From an uncultured Spirochaetota bacterium (GTDB lineage: Bacteria; Spirochaetota; Spirochaetia; SZUA-6; Fen-1364), in contig CAWAHW010000001.1 in the NCBI GenBank assembly GCA_963781885.1, positions 384,001 to 448,000 on the forward strand: a stretch of 64,000 nt of DNA, given 5' to 3'. Under the pieces are notes generated by a model. That model was not told the DNA's origin. It ran no database searches and saw nothing but the letters and a program-made list of their open reading frames with translations. This document shows, piece by piece, positions 21,784-34,259 of this stretch. The position numbers and the translations under genes were made by a program. Positions within the stretch are counted from its first letter, which is position 1. Every line of letters starts with the position of its first letter.

Positions 21784-22723
21784 TGGAGCGGAAACGCTCG
21801 TCGAATGCGGCCAGCGCCTGGAGGATCCGCTCCACGTCCGCCGCCTCGAATTTCCTTCCGCCCTCCGTATAGGTCTTCTGGTTCTTCTTGCTGAAGATGC
21901 GGAGCTTCGGAAATGCCTCCGCGCTCTGGTAGTTCTCCGCCAGCATGCGTTTGAACGCCGCGAGCCTGCGGAACTGCATCTGCAGGCCGCTTGCGATCTG
22001 CGTCGCCTCGGCCTCCCGGGAGAGGAGGATCTTGTCGAGCACCTCCTCCGCGGCGGGGAAGTCGCGCGCGCAGATGCGGTCGAAGAGCGTGAACACGTTC
22101 TCTTCCTTGGAATGATAGATGTACTGCTCGACGCCGGAAAGCTCGATGGTCGCATCGGGGCCGAAAAACTGGGCCAGCCGCTCGCACTCCACCCGCATGT
22201 CGCGCGTGTTGTTCTCCACCATGTCGAGGATGTAGTCCGTCGCCTCCGGGGCGATGGTGATGCGCCGCTGGCGGAAGAAGTTCGTCACCCAGCCCTGCTT
22301 CTGGTTGTCGAACATCTCCCAGAAGACCTTCTGGGCGGCGAAGGGCACCGCGCCGCCGGATTTCTTTTTCTGGTCGCCGACGATGCGTCTGTCGATCTCC
22401 CCGGGGAAACCCGTGCTCAAGAGGAGGAGCGTGGCGTCGGGTGCCGGTGCGGCGCAGTAGGCGGCCAGTGCCGTCACGTCTTCCCCGCGGGTGATCTGGT
22501 CGGCGTTTGCCACGATCACCAGCCGATGCGTTGAGAAGAGGGCCTGGTTGCGCAGGCGCAGGAGTATCTCCTGCACGGGAGTATCCCCGGCATAGAAGCG
22601 CGTCACCTCGGGGGCTTCCCCCATTCGCTTTTCGATTCCTGCGCGTATGGATTCGACGAACGCGGCCTTCTCACCCTCTTCGGGTCCGAGGAGAAGGCGG
22701 ACGGGGTGCTCCCCGGGGTTCAC
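21692..22723 (-). CDS. holA: DNA polymerase III subunit delta
   Basis: LLLGPEEGEK, LFSTHRLVIV, EENVFTLFD; position after lexA. Confidence 0.85.
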   Translation of the reverse strand: MNPGEHPVRLLLGPEEGEKAAFVESIRAGIEKRMGEAPEVTRFYAGDTPVQEILLRLRNQALFSTHRLVIVANADQITRGEDVTALAAYCAAPAPDATLLLLSTGFPGEIDRRIVGDQKKKSGGAVPFAAQKVFWEMFDNQKQGWVTNFFRQRRITIAPEATDYILDMVENNTRDMRVECERLAQFFGPDATIELSGVEQYIYHSKEENVFTLFDRICARDFPAAEEVLDKILLSREAEATQIASGLQMQFRRLAAFKRMLAENYQSAEAFPKLRIFSKKNQKTYTEGGRKFEAADVERILQALAAFDERFRSIRTDLHELLLRLLVYYIVVQAGQGAWQLSP

Positions 22724-23325
22724 GCGTAGCTTCTCATGAGGAAGGCGAGCTTGCCGAGGATGCGCACGTTCTGCGTGAAGATGGGCGGATACTTGGGGTT
22801 CTCCGCCTTCAGGCGGACGCGGTTTTTTTCGACATAGAATCTCTTCAGCGTCACGGCGTCGTCCACCATGGCCACGACGATGTCGCCATTGTCCGCGGTG
22901 TTCTGCTGGGTCACGACGACCACGTCGCCGTCCATGATCCCCGCATCCTTCATGCTGTCGCCCTTCACCTGGAGGGCGAAATGCGTGGAGGCCCCCAGCG
23001 AGGCTGCCGGCACCTGCACGTAGCCCTGGAGGTTCTCTTCGGCGAAAAGCGGCCTGCCTGCCGCGACATTGCCCAGCAGGGGGACGGAGGCCACCTCTTC
23101 CTTGTCCGCCTCCGCGTCGCGCACGATCTCGATGGCGCGGGACCTGTTCTCGTGACAGCGGAGGAAGCCCTTCTTCTCCAGCGCCTTCACGTGGTCATAG
23201 CTGCCCTTCACGGAGAAACTGAAGTTGGTGGCGATCTCGCGGATGGTGGGCGGATAGCGATTCACGCGGATGAACTCGCGGATGAAATCGAACACTTCCC
23301 GCTGTCGCTGGGTGAGGCCTTTCAT
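22720..23325 (-). CDS. lexA: LexA repressor
   Basis: LTQRQ...YPPTIREI wHTH, VAAG cleavage site, GDSM, TLKR. Confidence 0.96.
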   Translation of the reverse strand: MKGLTQRQREVFDFIREFIRVNRYPPTIREIATNFSFSVKGSYDHVKALEKKGFLRCHENRSRAIEIVRDAEADKEEVASVPLLGNVAAGRPLFAEENLQGYVQVPAASLGASTHFALQVKGDSMKDAGIMDGDVVVVTQQNTADNGDIVVAMVDDAVTLKRFYVEKNRVRLKAENPKYPPIFTQNVRILGKLAFLMRSYA

Positions 23326-23330
23326 GTCGC

Positions 23331-24691
<1,361 letters not shown>

Positions 24692-24695
<4 letters not shown>

Positions 24696-26465
24696 CCCGG
24701 TGTCCCCCCGCCGGCGGCATCCGGCAGATCGATGAAGAACGTCGTGCCCGTGCTGCCGTCGCTTTCCGCCCAGACGTTGCCCTTGTGGTCGAAGACGACG
24801 CGCTGCACGATCGCAAGGCCCAGGCCCGTGCCGTCCTTTCGCGTGGTGAAGTAGGGATCGAAGATGCTGTCCATGTCCTTCTCGGGGATGCCCTTCCCAG
24901 TGTCGCTGACGGCGATGCGCCAGTAGGAGACGTGCGCCTTCTTGATGCGGTCGGCGCGCACCGAGAGCAGCCCGCCGTCCGGCATCGCCTGGATGGCGTT
25001 CGTGAAGAGGTTGGCAAAGACCCGTTTCATCTGCGCGCGGTCCACGGCCACGACCACCGACGGGTCGATCTCCGCCAGGTCGATGCGCACCGCGCCGGAG
25101 AGATTGCGGTAGACCGAGGCGACCTCCTCCAGCATGTCGGTAAGCCGCGCCGGGCCGATCTGCGGCATGGGCAGCTTCGCGAACTCGCCGAACTCGCGCA
25201 GCATCCGTTCCAGGTTGTCCACCTCGGTGATGATGGAGGAGACGGCGGGGCGGAGGACCTTCTCGAAATCGGGCGCTCCCTCGTCGTGCTTCTTCAGCAT
25301 GCGCTGCGCGGACAGCTTGATGGGCGTGAGAGGGTTCCTGATCTCGTGCGCAAGGCGCTGGGCGATCTCCTGCCAGGCGGTGATGCGCTCCGCCTGGAGC
25401 AGCTTCCGCCGGGAGCGCTCCAGCTCCGAGATCATGCCGTTGAAGGAGTCGACCAGCGCGGAGAGCTCGTCGCGCGGCCGGGTGAGGATGCGGAAGCTGA
25501 AGTCGCCCTCCGCGACGCGACGCGTCGCGTCCTCCAGGTGCGCGATGGGACTGATGATGCGCTCCGTGAGGAGGAGGCTCACGAGTATCGTGATGAAGAA
25601 GATGGGCAGCGAAAAAAGGAAGAAGAAGCCCACCAGCGCGATGCGGAAAAGCCGGCCGTAACCGGTCCAGCGCGGTGAAGATCGTGAGGCTCTGCGTGAG
25701 CTTGCGCACGTTCGCGCGCACGGCGGCCGTGAGCACGGAGCTTGCCACGACGGTGACCCGCTTCCCCCCCACGACGAGCGACTGTCCACGGCGGAGGATG
25801 GTCACGTCTTCCCGGTCGTCGCGGCCGCTGGCATCGAGGGCGCTGGAGAGCCGTGCGCGCGCGTCCCCGGCAAACGAGCTCGCCTTGCCGTCGATTGAGA
25901 AGACCTGCAGTGCCGCGATGGTCGGGTTGAGGGCCCGTATCGCCGGCCACTCCCGGTCGGGGGACGTGGTGAAATCCTGCACGAGAGACGGCGTGAGCGG
26001 GCTCGTCATGAAGGAGGCCAGCGCGTCCTGGATGCCCCTCTGGTAGTCGATGGAGAGATTGAGCGCGCCGCGCAGCGAATCGCCGATGGAGGAGCTGAAC
26101 CACGTGCCCATGGCGGAATTGACGAAGAAGATGCCCAGGATCGCCTGCGGCCCCGCGGAGATGATGCTGATGAGCGTGAAGAAGAGGAGGAGACGGAGAC
26201 GCAGGCCGGCCCCGGGGAAACGCAGGGCGCGCTGCCGCAGGAGGCGCACCACCTGGAATATCGTGATTCCCAAAAGGACAAGGGGCAGGGCAAGGGCGGC
26301 CAGAAGGGCGATGGTCGCCGCGGCGGGATCCGCGCCGGTGATGGTGGTGATGAATGTCCGGGAGAAGGCGATGATGATGCCGATCAGGATGATGAAGAGC
26401 AGCACCAGAATGATGAGGCCGCGCGAGGTGTTCTCCGCCATGGCGGCGCGGTCGACAGCTTTCAT
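24692..26465 (-). CDS. ntrY: NtrY-like HAMP sensor histidine kinase, frameshift near 25655
   Basis: TM N-terminus; HAMP, AWQEIAQRLAHEIRNPLTPI, NAIQA, DTGKG, GTGLGL in the second frame. Confidence 0.82.
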
Positions 26466-27006
26466 TGCACGTCCCTGCGGACCCAGGGTGTGGCCACCGT
26501 GGATGCCGCGCCGACAAGACCCACGAGCGTGAGAGGCGGCATGAGGCGCACCGGCTCGAACTGGGCGCGCGCGCTCACATACAGCGTCCTCCGCGTCATG
26601 CCCACGGTGGAAACAGGGAAAACCTCGTCGAGGCCGAAGAGCCCCTCCAGGAGCGACGCGTCATCCCCGTACGTCTTTTGCCCGCCCCCGTCCCGTTCCA
26701 CGACAAACACCCCGTCGAGAAAATCCCAGAAAACGCTCCGGGAGACGATCTGCTGAGAGAGCAGCCGGTCCCGCGAGAGGAGCGCCGGCCGCCGCTGCTC
26801 GTAGAGGCGCACGGTGAACGTGATCCGCGACTCCAGGCCCTGCCGCAGCGACGCCATGAGCTCCGCCGTGCGCGGCCAGCGAAAATGCAGCGTCGTGGCG
26901 AGGACCGCGCCGCGCCGGTTCACTTCCAGGTCCACCGACTGGGCGGCAAGCGGCGCGGCGGCCAGGAGGGCCAGCGCTGCCAGCGCGAACAGGAGGCGCG
27001 CGTCAC
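26462..27006 (-). CDS. DUF4390-like periplasmic protein (start probably GTG overlapping the ptsH stop, with a 1-nt error)
   Basis: Signal peptide LLFALAALALLAAAPLAAQ; typical position upstream of ntrY. Confidence 0.6.
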
Positions 27007-27269
27007 TCCTCCTCGAACCTGTTCTCGAAGAGCTTCTCGATGGCGTCAACGGCCTTCGCCTCGTCGGGACCGTCGGCGATGATCACGAGGGTCGAGTTGT
27101 AGGTGGCTCCGAGGGTGATCACGCCCATGATCGACTTGCCGTTGACCCTCTCGTTGTCCTTCTCGATGTAGATCTGCGACGCGAAGCTGCTCGCGGTCTT
27201 CACCAGCAGCGCCGCGGGCCGGGCGTGCATGCCCGCGCGGTTTCGGATCGTGACGGTGCGCTCGATCAT
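27003..27269 (-). CDS. ptsH: HPr phosphocarrier protein
   Basis: GMHARPA, NGKSIMGV. Confidence 0.95.
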   Translation of the reverse strand: MIERTVTIRNRAGMHARPAALLVKTASSFASQIYIEKDNERVNGKSIMGVITLGATYNSTLVIIADGPDEAKAVDAIEKLFENRFEEE

Positions 27270-27275
27270 TGTCCC

Positions 27276-28261
<986 letters not shown>

Positions 28262-28265
28262 GCCC

Positions 28266-28592
28266 CTATTCCTCGGCTCCCGCCGCCGGTTCATTCTTCT
28301 TGTGGTGGTCCTTGATGCGCGACTTTTCCTTCTCGATCACGGCCTCCAGCTTGTCGAAGAGGTCGTCGATGCCCTTGTTCATATCGAAGTTCTCCACTCC
28401 GATGTGCTTCGAGGTGCCGAAACGGAAATTGAGCGTGGCGTCCAGCTTGAAAAGGCTTTTTTCCCGGGAAATGTTCAGAAGCAGATCAATGATGAGGTCC
28501 TGGGCGAAATCCAGGCGCGGCATTTTCACATCGATGTATTCCTGCACGCGGGGGGTCACCTCCACGTGTATTCCCTTCACTTCGACGTTCAT
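28266..28592 (-). CDS. hpf: Ribosome hibernation promoting factor (short HPF)
   Basis: MNVEVKGIHVEVT...DMNKGIDDLFDKLEAVIEKEK; after rpoN; GAGGAGG RBS. Confidence 0.88.
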   Translation of the reverse strand: MNVEVKGIHVEVTPRVQEYIDVKMPRLDFAQDLIIDLLLNISREKSLFKLDATLNFRFGTSKHIGVENFDMNKGIDDLFDKLEAVIEKEKSRIKDHHKKNEPAAGAEE

Positions 28593-29992
28593 GTACGCCT
28601 CCTCTGGTAGGACGATTCGATGGCGAGCTCGCCGCGGTACTTTGCGACCGTCCGGCGAGCCATTGAGACTCCCTTGCCGGCGAGGATTTCGACGATCTTC
28701 TGGTCCGAGAGACCGCCCCCCCGCGCGCCATGGGCACCCTCCTGCTCGATGATCTCCCTGATGATCTCCTTGACACCCTCCTTTGAAAAAACCGCGCCGC
28801 TCGCGCCGATGGCGGCGACGGAGCTGGTGAAGAAGTGCTTCAAGCTGAAGATACCCCATTCCGTCTGCATGTACTTCGCCGAGGAGATGCGCGAAACGGT
28901 CGCCTCGTGCACGCCGATCTCGTCCGCCACGTCCTTCAACGTGAGCGGCCGCATGTATTTGGGGCCCTTCAGGAAGAACTCGCGCTGGAACTCGACGATG
29001 GCGCGGCAGACCTTTAGAAGCGTCTCATTGCGCTGGCCGATGGTGCGGATGAACCAGCGCGCGTCCTGGAGGTTCTGCGTGACGAACTGGCGCGTCTTGG
29101 GGTCCTTCGGGTCGCGGCTGCGCCGCGCCATCTTTTCGAAGAGCGGGTTGATGCCGAGCACGGGGATGATCTCGTCGTTGAGGATGATGACGAACTCCCC
29201 GTTCTGTAAGAGTACCTGCACGTCGGGCAGGACGTAGCGCACGACGTCCCGCGAGTAGTTGCGCCCCGGCAGCGGGTCAAGGGTGCGGATGAAAGCGATC
29301 ACGTCCTTCAGCGCGGCTTCCGAGATGCGCAGTCCCCTTTCGATCTCCTTCAGCCGCTGCTTCTCCAGGGCGTCCAGCCAGCTCTCCACGACGACCCTTG
29401 CCCGGGGGTGCGGGTTCGGGTGGCGATCGATCTGCACGAGCAGGCTTTCGCGCACGTCCTTCACGCACGTGCCGACGGGATCGAAACCCTGGATGAGCGC
29501 GATGAGCCGGGGCAGGAGATCCTTGCCCGGGTCTTCCTGGACGAGCATCTCCGGGGGCTCCTTGTGGAAGCCGTTCTCATCGAGGTTGCGGATCAGGAGC
29601 TCACCGATGTGAAACCATTCCTCGGAGATCGGCTGCAAGGCGAGCTGCGCCAGCAGGTGCTCCTGGAGGCTTTCCGGCTGCGAAAGTGCCCCCTCGATGA
29701 ACTGGCGGCGCGAATCGCTTGCCGCATCCCCGTCGGCGCGCGAATAGCCGGTATCGGAGCTGTTGTCGATCCAGTCGTTTTCCCCCCCGGTGCTTTCCCG
29801 CGCCGGCATGGAATCCAACGACAGCGTGGACCGGTCCTCCTCCACGAGGAGGGCGGGGTTCTTCTCCAGCTCCTGCTCGATCGTTGTCTTCAGGTCCTGG
29901 AGGGGCAGCGCCATCAATTTGACCGCCTGGTAGAGCTGCGGGGTCATCTTGAGCTTCTGCACCTGCTTCAGGACGGGTCTCTGGGACTGCAC
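28589..29992 (-). CDS. rpoN: RNA polymerase sigma-54 factor
   Basis: Gln-rich N-terminus, HEATVSR, RpoN box ARRTVAKYR. Confidence 0.97.
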   Translation of the reverse strand: MQSQRPVLKQVQKLKMTPQLYQAVKLMALPLQDLKTTIEQELEKNPALLVEEDRSTLSLDSMPARESTGGENDWIDNSSDTGYSRADGDAASDSRRQFIEGALSQPESLQEHLLAQLALQPISEEWFHIGELLIRNLDENGFHKEPPEMLVQEDPGKDLLPRLIALIQGFDPVGTCVKDVRESLLVQIDRHPNPHPRARVVVESWLDALEKQRLKEIERGLRISEAALKDVIAFIRTLDPLPGRNYSRDVVRYVLPDVQVLLQNGEFVIILNDEIIPVLGINPLFEKMARRSRDPKDPKTRQFVTQNLQDARWFIRTIGQRNETLLKVCRAIVEFQREFFLKGPKYMRPLTLKDVADEIGVHEATVSRISSAKYMQTEWGIFSLKHFFTSSVAAIGASGAVFSKEGVKEIIREIIEQEGAHGARGGGLSDQKIVEILAGKGVSMARRTVAKYRGELAIESSYQRRRT

Positions 29993-30051
29993 GCTAACCT
30001 CCGTCGAGAGTGTGAGCCGGGCCCATGTGATTTGTCAACTTTGTTAGCAAG

Positions 30052-30214
30052 GCACGGACCAAGCGTCCGTGGCGGCCGCAAATAACCTCCGGGGCGCCCC
30101 GACTCCGCCCTTCGGCGGTATGCCGCCGAGTTGAGCGGAAGGAGCGAACCGCGAATGTCGCCAGGAGGACCGCGAATTGCCGAGCGACGCGAATGTCGCC
30201 AGGAGCGACCGCGG
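30052..30214. repeat. Structured intergenic region with hairpins and an 18-bp direct repeat
   Basis: CACGGAC-N5-GTCCGTG hairpin; CGCGAATGTCGCCAGGAG at 30150 and 30188. Confidence 0.5.
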
Positions 30215-30950
30215 CTATGTCTCAAACTCATGGCCGAGGTAGACGGAGCGGGCGAGCTCGCTCGCCAGGAGCTCTTCCCGGCTGCCGCTCACCAGGATTT
30301 CCCCCCGGTTGATGATATGGGAGCGATTGGTGATCTGGAGGGTGTCTCTCACGTTGTGGTCGGTGATGAGGATGCCGATGCCCCGGCTCGACAGACCCTG
30401 CACAATGGTTTTCAGCTCGGAGACCGTGATCGGGTCGATGCCGGCGAAAGGCTCGTCCAGAAGGAGGAATTTCGGCTCGATGGCCAGGGACCGCGCGATC
30501 TCGGTCCTGCGTCTCTCGCCGCCGGACAGCGTATACGCCTTCTGGCGGCGCAGGGCGGTGATGCCCAGGTCGTCCAGGAGCTGGTCGAGCAGCTTCTGCT
30601 TTTCCTTGCGTGTGAGATTGTTTCGCGTTTCGATGATCGCGGCGACATTGTCTTCAACCGAAAGCTTGCGGAATACCGACGGCTCCTGCGGCAGGTAGGA
30701 GATGCCCAGGCGCGCGCGGCGATACATCGGCAAGCCCGAGACATCTCTTCTCATTGAGCCAGATTCGGCCCGCCGTGGGCTTGATGAAGCCGACGACCAT
30801 GTAAAAAACGGTCGTTTTGCCTGCGCCGTTGGGACCCAGGAGGCCGACGACCTCGCCGCTTTCCATGCTGAAGGTGACCTCGCGGACTGCCTGTTTTCGG
30901 CCGAAGCTCTTCGCCAACCCTTCGAGGAAAAGCGTTCCGTTAGTTGCCAT
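30215..30950 (-). CDS. lptB: LPS export ABC ATPase LptB, frameshift near 30752
   Basis: GPNGAGKTT, YLPQEPSVFRKL, LSGGERRR, LDEPFAGIDP, ITDHNVR. Confidence 0.93.
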
Positions 30951-31830
30951 CCGGAGCTCCCTTTTGGGGAGGGCTCGCTGTTCCCGGCGCGGCGCCTGAC
31001 GCCGGCTGCTCCGGGGAAGCTCCGGCAGGGGGCGTGGCGGCGGCAGCGGGAGCCGCGGAGCCGGCCGCCGGCGCACTACCTGACGGCGTTGCCGCGCCCT
31101 CGGGAGCAGCCGTGGTGCCGCCCGACGGCGTTGCCGTGCCTGCGGGTGCAGTCGTGGCCCCGCCTGCGGGGGGGGCTGTCTGGTCGGTGGTGGTGTCGGA
31201 GCTCTTGCCCTTGTCCTCGATGGTGCCCTGAACGCTTCCTTCGAGGCTTATCTCTTCCGTGTCGAGATTGATCGTGATCTTGGCCGCCTGGTAGATGTCT
31301 CCCGCCTTGGACACCCAGGGCATGCCGGAGAGCTCCAGGATCTTCGTGTCGCGCTGGTAGCGGGCGAACTCCGCGCGGCAGACGATGTCCTTCTTGAATA
31401 TCCGCACGCCGACCTGGATAAGCGTGATCTGTTCCGTGTCGCGGTCCTCGATGAAGCCGGCCTTCACCGTCATCTCGTTCTTTAAGTCATACATCACCGC
31501 GTTGCCCTTGATCCGGGCGATCTTCTTGTCGCGGTCGTAGAACAGATCCTGGCTCGTGAGATCGAGCCCGCGCTTCGTGTCCACGACATGCACGCCGCCG
31601 CTGGCCTGCGCGTAGATGTAGTTGGCGCCGAAGAGCTCGATGTTGTCCGCGGTGATGCGCAGGTCCTTCGACTGCACCCACGCGTGCCCGTTGAGAAGCG
31701 CGTGCTGACCGCCGCTTGCCACCCGGACATTGATCGTGTCGCTCGCGAACTGGATCGTCTCCGCGCGCAGGGACCCGGCCGCCGTGAAGAGCAGGAGCAT
31801 GCAGGAGAGAAGGACCCTACTTGTTGTCAT
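30940..31830 (-). CDS. lptA: LptA/OstA family protein with Ala/Pro-rich tail
   Basis: Signal peptide, beta-jellyroll-like repeats, position between lptC and lptB. Confidence 0.75.
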   Translation of the reverse strand: MTTSRVLLSCMLLLFTAAGSLRAETIQFASDTINVRVASGGQHALLNGHAWVQSKDLRITADNIELFGANYIYAQASGGVHVVDTKRGLDLTSQDLFYDRDKKIARIKGNAVMYDLKNEMTVKAGFIEDRDTEQITLIQVGVRIFKKDIVCRAEFARYQRDTKILELSGMPWVSKAGDIYQAAKITINLDTEEISLEGSVQGTIEDKGKSSDTTTDQTAPPAGGATTAPAGTATPSGGTTAAPEGAATPSGSAPAAGSAAPAAAATPPAGASPEQPASGAAPGTASPPQKGAPDGN

Positions 31831-32434
31831 CCGTCCTGACATAGGTGCCCTTCACGGGCCCGGAAAATGTGAGCTCGCGCCTTCGGAAATCGCCCTTGAA
31901 CCCGCTCCCCTCGAGGGACGAGCCGTCGTCCTTCGTGATGACGACCGTCTCCGCTTCCGGGGCGGTGAGGACCTTCGTCTTGTTTTCCCAGGCGAGCGAT
32001 TCCGCCGTCACGTCTCCCTTCTCCGTGTTGGAATGCACGTGCACCGCGCCGGATATCTCGGCATTCTCCGTGTCGGTGTGAAAGACGACCTTGTTTGCCT
32101 TGCCTTCGGTCGCCGTCCCGCCCTTGGAGTCGAACTCCACGAAATGGGCATTGGAGAGCACGGTCTGGTTGCTCGCATTGTAGGTTTCGGCCCGCGTGGC
32201 CTCCAGCTGCAGGGAGAGTCTGCCGTCCTTGTGTATCTTGTGGACGATCCCGATCGCCACCGTGTCCGGCAGATTCTGCGAGGTCTGCTCCTCGGCGAGC
32301 GCCTCTCCATAGTCGAGGCTGCACGCCGCGAGCACGAGCAGGCACAGGCCGGCCGCAAGGCACGCCCGGCCCGCCCGCGCCGCGTGGGGCTTCAGGACCG
32401 CGACGGATCGTGTTTCTTCTGCGATTCCAGGCAT
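31817..32434 (-). CDS. lptC: LPS export protein LptC (lipoprotein); start uncertain
   Basis: LAAC lipobox, AESLAWEN, GSGFKGD; operon position. Confidence 0.75.
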   Translation of the reverse strand: MPGIAEETRSVAVLKPHAARAGRACLAAGLCLLVLAACSLDYGEALAEEQTSQNLPDTVAIGIVHKIHKDGRLSLQLEATRAETYNASNQTVLSNAHFVEFDSKGGTATEGKANKVVFHTDTENAEISGAVHVHSNTEKGDVTAESLAWENKTKVLTAPEAETVVITKDDGSSLEGSGFKGDFRRRELTFSGPVKGTYVRTDDNK

Positions 32435-34017
32435 GCGTTTATAAAATGGGAGAACAGGGGGCTGGGGGCAAGGGGCTTGGACTTGAACTCGGGGTGGAAC
32501 TGGACGCCGACGCCCCACGGGTGGTCGGGCCATTCGACGGATTCGACCAGCGTCGCGTCCGGCGTCAGGGAGCTCACGATGAGCCCCGCCGCTTCCAGGT
32601 CGGCGCGATAAAGGTTTGCAACCTCGTAGCGGTGGCGGTGGCGCTCCGAGATCACCTCCGCGCCGTAGGCGGCGTGGATGCGCGTGCCGACCCTGATATG
32701 CGTGTCGCTCTTGCCCAGGCGCATGGTGCCGCCGTAGGCCTTGATGTCCACCTGCTCCTCCAGCAGGCTCACGACGGGCGTCTTCGCCTCCGGGGCGAAC
32801 TCGGTCGAGTTTGCTTCCTTGAGACCGAGCATGTTCCGCGCGTACTCGATCACCATGATCTGCATGCCCAGGCAGATGCCGAGGTACGGCACCTTGTTTT
32901 CCCGCGCGTACTGAGCGGCACGGATCATCCCCTCGATGCCCCGCAACCCGAAGCCGCCGGGCACCAGAATGCCGTCACAGTCCGCGAATGCCGCCGAGAT
33001 GTCGCGGTCGCTTTCCAGCTCCTCGCTCTCGAACTTCACGAGCTGCACGCGCGCCGAGTTGGCGATCCCACCATGGAAGAGAGATTCGAATATCGAGATG
33101 TACGAGTCGTGCAGGCCGGTATACTTGCCGACGATGCCGATGCGCGCCGTGCGCCGGGCGCTTGCGAAGTGCTCGACGACCTGCTTCCAGCCGTCGCGCA
33201 CGGGGCCCTTTTCCGCCAGCCCGAGCTTCTTGATGATGAGGAGGTCCACCTTCTGCTCCACGAACGTGAGCGGGATGTCGTAGATCGTCGTGCGCACGTC
33301 GTAGGCGGAGATGACCGCTTCCTTCTCCACGTTGGTGAACAAGGAAATCTTGCGCCGAAGGTCCTCGTCCAGGGGGCTTCCCGATCGGCAGAGGAGGAGG
33401 TCGGGCTGGATGCCGATCTCCCGCAGCTCGCGCACGGAATGCTGGGTCGGCTTGCTCTTCGGCTCGCCCCAGTAGACCTGCGGCACGAGCGTGAGATGCA
33501 CGTACAGGACGTTCTCCTTGCCCAGGTCATGGATGAACTGCCGGGCCGCCTCCAGGAAAGGAATCGACTCGATGTCGCCCACCGTGCCGCCGACCTCCAC
33601 GAGGGTGACGTCCACGCCCGGCTGCTCCCCGACGCGGAAGATGCGCGCCTTGATCTCGTCGGTGATGTGCGGGATGACCTGCACGGTCCTGCCGAGGAAT
33701 CGCCCTTCGCGCTCCTTTGTGATCACCGCCTGGTAGACCTGGCCGGTCGTGATGGAGTTGTCCCTCCCGATGGGGGAGGAGGTGAACCTGCTGTAGTTGC
33801 CCAGGTCGAGGTCTGTCTCCGCGCCGTCATCCGTGACGTAGACCTCGCCGTGCTGGTAGGGGTTCATCGTGCCCGCATCGACGTTGATGTAGGGGTCGAT
33901 CTTGATCATGCGGATGTTGAAGCCCCTGTTCTCTAGTAGGCTCCCCATGGACGCGGAGGCGACGCCTTTTCCCAGCCCAGAGCAGACGCCGCCGGTGACG
34001 AAGATGTATTTGCTCAT
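32392..34017 (-). CDS. pyrG: CTP synthase
   Basis: [48 protein letters not shown]. Confidence 0.98.
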   Translation of the reverse strand: MSKYIFVTGGVCSGLGKGVASASMGSLLENRGFNIRMIKIDPYINVDAGTMNPYQHGEVYVTDDGAETDLDLGNYSRFTSSPIGRDNSITTGQVYQAVITKEREGRFLGRTVQVIPHITDEIKARIFRVGEQPGVDVTLVEVGGTVGDIESIPFLEAARQFIHDLGKENVLYVHLTLVPQVYWGEPKSKPTQHSVRELREIGIQPDLLLCRSGSPLDEDLRRKISLFTNVEKEAVISAYDVRTTIYDIPLTFVEQKVDLLIIKKLGLAEKGPVRDGWKQVVEHFASARRTARIGIVGKYTGLHDSYISIFESLFHGGIANSARVQLVKFESEELESDRDISAAFADCDGILVPGGFGLRGIEGMIRAAQYARENKVPYLGICLGMQIMVIEYARNMLGLKEANSTEFAPEAKTPVVSLLEEQVDIKAYGGTMRLGKSDTHIRVGTRIHAAYGAEVISERHRHRYEVANLYRADLEAAGLIVSSLTPDATLVESVEWPDHPWGVGVQFHPEFKSKPLAPSPLFSHFINACLESQKKHDPSRS

Positions 34018-34055
34018 GGGGATTGGATTATAGAACAAAAAAGGGTTCGTCTCAA
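34018..34055 (-). promoter_or_regulatory. pyrG sigma70 promoter directly abutting the start codon
   Basis: TTGAGA-N17-TATAAT-CCAATCCCC-ATG; no SD sequence. Confidence 0.75.
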
Positions 34056-34060
34056 CGGAC

Positions 34061-34222
34061 CGCGGCCACGCCGGCCACGGTACTCCGTGGCATTTGCGCG
34101 GCCACGCCGGCCACGGTACTCCGTGGCATTTGCGCGGCGACGCCGGCCACGGTACTCCGTGGCATTTGCGCGGCCACGCCGGCCACGGTATTCCGTGGCA
34201 TTCGTACGCCGTGGCATTTGCG
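34061..34222. repeat. Tandem 36-bp repeat (4 copies plus a partial) with internal hairpin
   Basis: CGCGGCCACGCCGGCCACGGTACTCCGTGGCATTTG units at 34061, 34097, 34133, 34169; GCCACGG-TACT-CCGTGGC stem-loop; no spacers. Confidence 0.92.
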
Positions 34223-34259
34223 GTCGACCATGCTATGATAAGCGACAGGAGAAATCTGC

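Noticed and set aside
34061-34222. CRISPR array (36-bp palindromic repeats)
   Set aside because: Repeats are directly adjacent with no unique spacers, and there are no cas genes in the window.
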